From Candidatus Hodarchaeota archaeon (lineage in GTDB: Archaea > Asgardarchaeota > Heimdallarchaeia > Hodarchaeales > Hodarchaeaceae): DNA of 29,707 nucleotides. The notes below the pieces were generated by a model. The model did no database searches and had not been told where the DNA came from. It saw only the letters and a list, made by a program, of their open reading frames with translations. Of the stretch, positions 8,359-15,156 are shown piece by piece. The stretch's first letter is position 1. Every line of letters starts with the position of its first letter. The position numbers were made by a program, and so were the translations under genes. Where the stretch lies: positions 1 to 29,707 of the forward strand of contig JAEOTQ010000049.1 of assembly GCA_016839785.1 (NCBI GenBank), in the 5' to 3' direction.

Positions 8359-10029
8359 TTAAGTTCTTCTCTTTCTTGAAAGGAAGACGACGAGTATGGC
8401 TAAAGAAATGAATCCAGGAAAGAATGAAAAATGTGATATTTTAGATAACCCAATGTTAATTTTCTTAGATTCTAATACTGCATTCGAAAGCGATCTTATT
8501 TTAGTTGGATAGCCATTCCATGAGTCTATTTGAAATTCTTGGACATATTCTGTGGACGTAAGGTATAGAGTAGCAATTTTAAGTAATTGTTCTGCATTAA
8601 GAGACAATATCGACTTATTAGTAACAAAACGTGAAACACTATCAGCTATCAACGAATTTAAAAGAGAAGCCTCCTCTAAGAACAGAATATTCCCGCTTAA
8701 ACTTGGATGTTGATTTAATGCGATTGATTTAATTGTTGTAGGAATCACTGACCATTTTTCTGTATTAGGATCTTGATGAAGAGCATAATCATGTCCCTTT
8801 ATATGATTAATAAACAATAAATCTTCATTTTGAGTGAGGGTGATATTTTCTGTGGCCACAATATCAGACTGTATTAATTCCTCTCTTGATGTATTGCGTC
8901 CATCAATACTAACAGTTGAACTTTTCTTTGATTCGGAACCCTCTACTACCCCTAGATTATGAGAAACGAGAAATGAAAGAGAGGCTTGGTTGAATAACGA
9001 CATTCTTTTGTTAATATCATCTCCTTTATACCAAGAAAATGTATCATTAACCCGAATTAATTCAGAATATTCTTTTTCAACATGAGTCTCAGAGGCTCCT
9101 TGCCAAATTACTTCAGAAGGTAATTCTTCATTAATTACCAAATTCTGAATGGTTCCAACATTCATTTCTAATTGTGTTTCCACTCCTGTATTGGTCGAAG
9201 TTGAGTATTTTAATATTCTTGTAGAAAAACTTAGTGATTCAAATTCTATCAAAAGAAATTTGTCTGAAATTCTGAAACTACTTATTTGTTCTATATTAAT
9301 CGGATTCGTTTGAAATAGATAACTTATATTGGAATATGTTGCCGTAATTACCAATTCATTGTAGTTTTCTTGTATCGAAATCTCCATTGGATTAGTACTA
9401 GAATATGAACGGATATCATTAGATGGTACATACCCATGAATTGAATTTTTTACCATATGAACAGAATTTATTGAATCAAACAAAAATTCTAAGATATCAA
9501 GAGGGATATTCGCATACCCTACTAAGTACTGATCGTCTACAAAATCATGTCCATCCAAATTCAATGTCAAACCCAATAAATCTTGAGTGAGAATTACGCT
9601 CTCTCCTGAAGGTAAACTATAGACGGATAGATATTTAAAATATGGTAAGGATGCTTGCCATTCTACTGTTCCAAATAGAGGAATAAATTCAGTTCTTTTG
9701 ATATTTTCTACAGCTAAGAATGCAGACTTAATTCCGTGAGAATCATGACCGACTAGCGTTATATTATTATCGATATTTGGATTGGGATCAGTTTCAATCC
9801 CAAATTCTTGGCCAGTTAAAATGTTATCAAATAATTGCAGGGATTGCCCAGGGGAAATATCATTATTATAATCGAACCTTAAACCGAACAATGATTCTTG
9901 ATAGAAGGGATCAAGTTGTTCAAATTGGTAATTGATTTTCCCTACGACTCCAACATTGAATGAAGTTAATACAACAAACAAAAAAACAAATGTAAAGCCA
10001 AGTCGTATCACAGAACTCCTGAAACTCAT
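8359..10029 (-). CDS. Secreted cell-surface protein, diverged paralog of 6215..7999, with PGF-like C-terminal anchor
   Basis: N-terminal signal-like hydrophobic stretch and C-terminal FFPGFISLAILVVFLSRKRRT. Several N-x-S/T sequons. Colinear motif similarity with the neighbouring gene. Confidence 0.8.
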   Translation of the reverse strand: MSFRSSVIRLGFTFVFLFVVLTSFNVGVVGKINYQFEQLDPFYQESLFGLRFDYNNDISPGQSLQLFDNILTGQEFGIETDPNPNIDNNITLVGHDSHGIKSAFLAVENIKRTEFIPLFGTVEWQASLPYFKYLSVYSLPSGESVILTQDLLGLTLNLDGHDFVDDQYLVGYANIPLDILEFLFDSINSVHMVKNSIHGYVPSNDIRSYSSTNPMEISIQENYNELVITATYSNISYLFQTNPINIEQISSFRISDKFLLIEFESLSFSTRILKYSTSTNTGVETQLEMNVGTIQNLVINEELPSEVIWQGASETHVEKEYSELIRVNDTFSWYKGDDINKRMSLFNQASLSFLVSHNLGVVEGSESKKSSTVSIDGRNTSREELIQSDIVATENITLTQNEDLLFINHIKGHDYALHQDPNTEKWSVIPTTIKSIALNQHPSLSGNILFLEEASLLNSLIADSVSRFVTNKSILSLNAEQLLKIATLYLTSTEYVQEFQIDSWNGYPTKIRSLSNAVLESKKINIGLSKISHFSFFPGFISLAILVVFLSRKRRT

Positions 10030-11517
10030 TTAACTCCTTACCTCCAAAACTTTATCCAATGATTCTACTCTGTTAGGGTTAATAATATATGAAGATCGCT
10101 TTTTCTCTTTGATGATCATAATTATTCCTAAATCAGAAAGTCTTTTGACATGATGTTGGATGCTCGAATGGTGTACATTTATTTCGGAGGAAATTTTCGA
10201 TAGAGAAAGTGGGGATTTGTTTTGTAATAATACTTTGCAGAGCTCTTTTGCCACATCACTCTTCAGGGCTAATGCAATCTCTGATATTTGTAGAGATTCC
10301 GATCCAGTTAAGTAGAAAATATGATATTTACCAATTTTATGATGTGTCACAATATTAAAATCATCTAATGCTTGTAAATGCCATAAAAGGGAAGATATAC
10401 CACATCCCAAAGTACGCTGTATTTCTCTCAAATGTGCTCCTTGTTCTCCTTTCTCTTCTAAATACTCAACTATTTGCATTCGCATTTCATTGTCCAATAG
10501 GTCATCTTCATTTATTCTTCTTTTCTGTGGAGAATAAGCAATATGGGCTATAAAGAAAAATAATCCGAGACTTGCTCCCATAATTAAATCACGAAGGCGT
10601 GCCAGTATACCGAATTTAATTAAGCCTATTAGTGAAATAATGGCCGTAATACCGATAATACCAACCGTAACAAGCTGATCAAATCCTGATATCTGAAATA
10701 TTCCAGATGAATCAGAGAACGTATCAGTAGTCAGAAGAGCGATATCTCCTAATACATCAACTAATCCATCTGCATCAGGAGAATTCATACCCATTAATTT
10801 AAAATCGTTAATTAGTGGCGGTAATGGTAGATTGACTGAAAAACTTCCTACAACCACTTTATTTTGGACAAGCCACAGACCTGATTTAAAATCTGTTAGA
10901 TATGACTCGTTTACGGGTTGAGCAATTTCAGCTAATACTACAGTTTTCTCATGTAAATCGACCCAAGATGATGTCCCATTGAACTCATATGTTAATTGAT
11001 CTAGTTGTAGGGATGGTAGAGATTCATTCACTAATTGAATGCTATGCGTCTGAGATTCATGATTTATTGGATAAACTTCAGGCCAATAACCAGTTATCCC
11101 TAAGTTTTGTAGTTCTGCAACAGGAGTTTTGTCAAAGTACCTGTTTAGGATGAACAATCCTTTACCACTTTGCGTCCACGCACCTAGATCACCCACAAAA
11201 GAGAAATCAATCGGCAAATGAAGTTCATTGACCCACCAAATTGCTTCTATGCTTTTATTATCGAATGTAAAAGAAGAATTCAATATAACAGATGTAATAT
11301 TATAATACTCTACATCGATCTCTGCTTCCAATATCATTTCTTCGCTAAGTCGTTTATCGTTATCTGAACCATAAAAGATAGCGATTTTAGGATAATCAGT
11401 TGCGGTCACTGAGTTAGTATGAGCTAAAGTGATCTGATTTGGAAAGAAGGATAATACTCCAAAGAAAATGATGGTAAGTATGAGAATATTACACTTGAGA
11501 AAAAATCGTCTTACCAT
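10030..11517 (-). CDS. Membrane-anchored transcriptional regulator: signal peptide, extracellular domain, TM region, tandem winged-helix (ArsR/COG3398-like) domains
   Basis: N-terminal signal/TM, then an ectodomain with six sequons, then TM LVTVGIIGITAIISLIGLI. wHTH1 is LLDNEMRMQIVEYL...HLREIQRTLGCGISSLLWHLQAL; wHTH2 is LSLSKISSEINVHHSSIQHHVKRLSDLGII. The stop abuts the ATG of the next gene (TAAATG). Confidence 0.85.
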   Translation of the reverse strand: MVRRFFLKCNILILTIIFFGVLSFFPNQITLAHTNSVTATDYPKIAIFYGSDNDKRLSEEMILEAEIDVEYYNITSVILNSSFTFDNKSIEAIWWVNELHLPIDFSFVGDLGAWTQSGKGLFILNRYFDKTPVAELQNLGITGYWPEVYPINHESQTHSIQLVNESLPSLQLDQLTYEFNGTSSWVDLHEKTVVLAEIAQPVNESYLTDFKSGLWLVQNKVVVGSFSVNLPLPPLINDFKLMGMNSPDADGLVDVLGDIALLTTDTFSDSSGIFQISGFDQLVTVGIIGITAIISLIGLIKFGILARLRDLIMGASLGLFFFIAHIAYSPQKRRINEDDLLDNEMRMQIVEYLEEKGEQGAHLREIQRTLGCGISSLLWHLQALDDFNIVTHHKIGKYHIFYLTGSESLQISEIALALKSDVAKELCKVLLQNKSPLSLSKISSEINVHHSSIQHHVKRLSDLGIIMIIKEKKRSSYIINPNRVESLDKVLEVRS

Positions 11518-11970
11518 TCTTGTATAGCACCTTTAGACATTTTTGGTATGAGTATGATAATAAGTTATCCGAATCAATATTCCGCATCATGATGTTTACT
11601 AAGCTCATTTTGTCACATCAATGTGCCTCTGTATTTGGAACTTAATATTGAGGAACCTGCCGCTCGTTATTTTTTTTTCAATCTCGAAAAATCGGGGGAA
11701 GTGACTTAGTTGTACGTCACGCAATCTGATTTTCTTGCATCTTTCAATCAACCACAATAAAATCTTCTTTCTACACTCAAAAAAAATACTCTACTTGCTA
11801 CTTTTCATCAGAATACAAAACAATCTGTCCCGTAAGAAACACTTGGAGAAAATTCTGTGCTAGACATCAATTAAGGTCATTAGAATCCATTCTCAGACAT
11901 TTCATTAAGAAAAAAAGAATCTCAGTAGACTTTGTTTAGAAGCGGTTAAAATATATGGACAGATCATTTT

Positions 11971-11992
11971 GAAACGCTTATATAAAAGCGTT
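11971..11992. promoter_or_regulatory. BRE-TATA promoter of the pilin gene embedded in a perfect inverted repeat AACGCTT-ATATAA-AAGCGTT
   Basis: GAAACGCTTATATAAAAGCGTT read directly, about 100 nt upstream of the likely pilin ATG. It resembles the archaeal BRE + TTATATA on both strands. Confidence 0.6.
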
Positions 11993-12093
11993 GGAAAGAT
12001 GACCTACGCGAATATGTGTATGGATACTATGATTACACATTAAGACGAATCATAACTTATGAGAAAAAAATTCTCCCGTGGATGAAAAAAAAA

Positions 12094-13122
12094 ATGAAAC
12101 TAGTTAAAATATACCGTAAAAGACGAGCGGTGAGCCCTATATTAGCTGCTATCTTATTAATCGGATTAGCTGTAGCTGCAGGAGCCGTGCTTTTCGTCGT
12201 CGTTCTCCCAATGATTGGAGGAACCGCAAAAGTTGAGTTTGTTAGCGCAGTTGGAGCCGATCGTAATAGTGATGGCCTAATTGATCAAATCACTGTCTCG
12301 GTCCAAAATACCGGATCTGAAGCAGATACTTTTTCTGAAGGTACTATCTCCTTTACTGGTTGGAGTGTTGCAGGAAATGTTGAAATAGGACTAGCAAATC
12401 CTGTTAGTTTAGTTTTCAAAACAACAGATGTAACCCAACAAGTTTCTGAAGTGCAGACATTAACGATGACCCTTAAATTTGATACCAGTGCAGATATCGC
12501 TCTAACAGAGACTGATGTTGATATGGATCATGCCGCAACATTAACCGATTCTGATATGTTAATCGACTTCACTGATGGATATTGGTACGCTGAAGCTGGT
12601 GTGACTGGTGATGTTCTTTATAACGCAGACACTACCCGTAGTACTCACTCAGGAAAAGCAGGCGCTCAAATTGATCATAATAGTCATGCTGATGCAATTT
12701 ACTTTAGATCAATGGCCGCTCCAACAGGAGCAGAGACATGGCAAAACCTTAACAGCCAAGCTAACTCTCCAGAAGAGTGGGATGTAGCAGGAACTCCTAT
12801 TTTAAGCTTTTGGATGAAAACTGATGGAGGAACAGCTCCAGCTGCAGGAGGAACTGATCCTGATATATACCTTTGTTTAGCCATTTATGATGGTGCAACT
12901 CTCGAGCAATCAAACCAAAATGCGATTGCTAACGAGATAGAAGATCACGCAGTAGGCTTACAATCAGCTGATAGCGGATGGGTACACGTCTTAATTGACT
13001 TGTCTCAGTATAGCGGAACTTGGGCATCTACAACTGTGGGAAATTTTGGTATTCGAGTAATTGGTACCTCAAATCTAAATATTGCAATTGACGATGTCTC
13101 AGTCCACACTGCCTTAAATTAG
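12094..13122 (+). CDS. Archaeal type IV pilin-like protein (class III signal peptide) with C-terminal carbohydrate-binding-module-like domain
   Basis: KRRA|VSPILAAILLIGLAVAAGAVLFVVV is a prepilin peptidase site plus hydrophobic helix. The C-terminal LSFWMK...WVHVLIDLS...FGIRV...IAIDDV pattern is jelly-roll/CBM-like. Start moved from 12016 to ATG 12094 (12082 is also possible) to give a short basic leader. Confidence 0.85.
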   Translation: MKLVKIYRKRRAVSPILAAILLIGLAVAAGAVLFVVVLPMIGGTAKVEFVSAVGADRNSDGLIDQITVSVQNTGSEADTFSEGTISFTGWSVAGNVEIGLANPVSLVFKTTDVTQQVSEVQTLTMTLKFDTSADIALTETDVDMDHAATLTDSDMLIDFTDGYWYAEAGVTGDVLYNADTTRSTHSGKAGAQIDHNSHADAIYFRSMAAPTGAETWQNLNSQANSPEEWDVAGTPILSFWMKTDGGTAPAAGGTDPDIYLCLAIYDGATLEQSNQNAIANEIEDHAVGLQSADSGWVHVLIDLSQYSGTWASTTVGNFGIRVIGTSNLNIAIDDVSVHTALN

Positions 13123-13154
13123 GGGATATTTCTATCCCTCCTCTCTTTTTTCTT
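13123..13154 (+). terminator. Hairpin (GGGATA-tttc-TATCCC) plus pyrimidine/T tract after the pilin gene
   Basis: Read directly after the TAG stop; followed by TCCTCTCTTTTTTCTT. Confidence 0.6.
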
Positions 13155-13216
13155 AATTTCTCAAATTCTGAATGTTATGAACTCATTAATTATTTCATTG
13201 AGAAAAAAAATGCTGT

Positions 13217-13675
13217 CTATTTCAATCGACAGAATTCTGCACGATTTCTTACAAATTTATTAACAGCCATTTTCCCATCAGTAAGAATTTGACGCATGTT
13301 TAAAGCAAACTCATCCCAATAGGCTACTAATCTTTCTCGTTGATCCTTGGTTTTTACCATCTCAGTTGTCAGAAAAAAGGATATTTGATAGCCTTCTTCT
13401 GGACTTCTAATCACTTTGACACGGGCACCTGGATTTCTCCACAACTCGTTTCTTATTCGGTCAAAAATGAACTCTTCTACAGGATCGTTGAATGTCAATT
13501 TTAGGGAGGCAATAGCGGAGTTTCCTTGTTTTATCAGTATTCCATTTTTGAACTCTACTGTTTCTCGTTTAATGTTCTCACAGCATGGGTGATCGGGGTC
13601 AAGAATACAGTTCGGTTCCATACCTGCTGTACAAGGGACTGGAAAAAGTTGTAATTGTGATTCGTCTAAATTCAA
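13217..13675 (-). CDS. ARPC4-like protein (Arp2/3 complex subunit 4 homolog)
   Basis: NSAIASLKLTFNDPVEEFIFDRIRNELWRNPGARVKVIRSPEEGYQISFFLT aligns by eye with eukaryotic ARPC4 as recalled ([52 protein letters not shown]). The C-terminal helix KMAVNKFVRNRAEF matches KLSVNARARIVAEEF. TTG start with GGTGAG SD upstream. Confidence 0.85.
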   Translation of the reverse strand: MNLDESQLQLFPVPCTAGMEPNCILDPDHPCCENIKRETVEFKNGILIKQGNSAIASLKLTFNDPVEEFIFDRIRNELWRNPGARVKVIRSPEEGYQISFFLTTEMVKTKDQRERLVAYWDEFALNMRQILTDGKMAVNKFVRNRAEFCRLK

Positions 13676-13824
13676 TATAAACTCACCAAATATGACATAA
13701 TATTCAATTTAGAGAATATAAATGTCACTAGAAGTTTTCAGACTACATGTTAATAAAATTGAGGAAGGAAGTTGTTAATTCTCTTAAAAGAGAGAAATTG
13801 CTTCTATTTCAGTTTATATTGGGC

Positions 13825-14244
13825 TTAAAAATCTCGAGTTTTAAGTAACTTCATTTTGGTGGAACTAACCAAATAATGCATTAATCCTAGCTTCACACTG
13901 GAGTCGGTAATTAGCACGAGAATCGTACTCTGAACTTTGGAAATTATGCCTAATCCAACGGGAGTTTGAACATGGATAAAATCCACCTGATCTCCCAAAT
14001 TTAATTGGATACACGCACTTGAAAATGTACTTACTATTCCTGCAACCATTGCGGATACAACAGTTTCTACCTCATCTGACATTGGAAGAGTTCTGGCAGA
14101 TAATATAGGAAACCCCTCCTCACTTACTAACAAAACTTTTTTAACTCCTTTCACTGTTCCAAGACCATCAATGATCTTTTGAACTTTATCCATTGAATTA
14201 TACCCGTTATTATCTCCTAAGGACATATTTTCGAACGTGGCCAT
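13825..14244 (-). CDS. Roadblock/LC7 (MglB/LAMTOR-like) domain protein
   Basis: KGVKKVLLVSEEGFPILS...VSAMVAGIVS...LNLGDQVDFIHVQTPVG...ILVLITDSSVKLGLM is the classic roadblock pattern. Start placed at ATG 14244 after the AGGTGA SD (the ORF track uses GTG 14253). Confidence 0.88.
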   Translation of the reverse strand: MATFENMSLGDNNGYNSMDKVQKIIDGLGTVKGVKKVLLVSEEGFPILSARTLPMSDEVETVVSAMVAGIVSTFSSACIQLNLGDQVDFIHVQTPVGLGIISKVQSTILVLITDSSVKLGLMHYLVSSTKMKLLKTRDF

Positions 14245-14459
14245 CAAATTCACCTTTTAAGTATCAAATCATTCTATGAATTGATACTCTCCTTATAACC
14301 ACATAAAAATCAAAAAAGAAATGAAATTCCCGAATGCCAAGGAGAGGAGTTCTCTAAAGCATAGATGAAGGCAAAAGCTTTATTCTGAAACTCACATCCA
14401 AAGAGAAGCTTTTATTATTGCATTCTTATCCGAGGCAAATAGGCAAAGAGGTTAATGGA

Positions 14460-14642
14460 ATGAGTGAAAACATAAAAATGCAACGTTGTAATCCTTGTCA
14501 AGTTGCAGTTATGCCAAGTGAACATGGAACAGCTCGTTTTCCGTGCCCATCATGCGGAATGATACCAATCATTCGATGTGAGCGATGTCGAAAACTTGGA
14601 AATCGCTATATATGTCCTAATTGTGGTTTTTCTGGACCCTAA
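14460..14642 (+). CDS. Small zinc-ribbon protein (HVO_2753/DUF1610-like)
   Basis: Four CxxC pairs, FPCPSCG..IIRCERCRKLGNRYICPNCGFSGP. Conserved position upstream of EF-1beta. Start moved to ATG 14460. Confidence 0.9.
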   Translation: MSENIKMQRCNPCQVAVMPSEHGTARFPCPSCGMIPIIRCERCRKLGNRYICPNCGFSGP

Positions 14643-14707
14643 TTCTGTATTAATCAACAATGCTAATATTTTGTGATTTATTGATTGAACTATGAAGATG
14701 ATCAACT

Positions 14708-14995
14708 ATGTCTAATGTCTTAAGTATTTTAAAAGTAATCCCTGCTTCTCCAGAGGCAAATCGTGAGGAATTATTGTCTAAAGCGAAAGGTGAACTATCT
14801 GAAGGATTAGAGATAGAAATTCTAAAATACGAGGAAGAGCCTCTGTTTTTCGGTCTAGTTGCTATGAAACTTTTCCTAAAGACCGTTGATTCTGATGAGG
14901 GGAATGATGTTCTTCAGACATTTGAGCAAAGACTTCTTGACGTAGAAGAAATAGATAATTGTGAAATCGAACTTCAGACAATTATTGATTATTAG
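14708..14995 (+). CDS. ef1b: Translation elongation factor aEF-1beta
   Basis: MSNVLSILKVIPASPE...EEEPLFFGLVAMKL matches the aEF-1beta signature (EEP.AFGL), plus size and synteny. Confidence 0.9.
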   Translation: MSNVLSILKVIPASPEANREELLSKAKGELSEGLEIEILKYEEEPLFFGLVAMKLFLKTVDSDEGNDVLQTFEQRLLDVEEIDNCEIELQTIIDY

Positions 14996-15156
14996 ATAAG
15001 CATTTAATTTACTTCTCCTTATTGGAGATATGTATGGGGGAAGATTACGGAGAACACAAACCTTCCATTTGTCGTAATTCTGATTTTCCAAAAGAAAACT
15101 AATATTAAAGATAATAATTTTGAATATGATTAGTATACTTATTTCATAGAAAATCT

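Noticed and set aside
12016-12093. Extended N-terminus of the pilin ORF, and the A10 run before its ATG as a phase-variation tract
   Set aside because: A class III signal peptide needs a short leader, so the later ATG is favoured. A/T runs of 8-10 nt are common throughout this window's intergenic DNA.
13217-13234. ARPC4-like C-terminus CRLK as a CaaX prenylation motif
   Set aside because: Arg and a terminal Lys do not fit CaaX, and there is no evidence for a prenyltransferase.
14876-15091. 71-aa minus-strand ORF overlapping EF-1beta
   Set aside because: It overlaps a confident gene, and the translation has no recognisable features.
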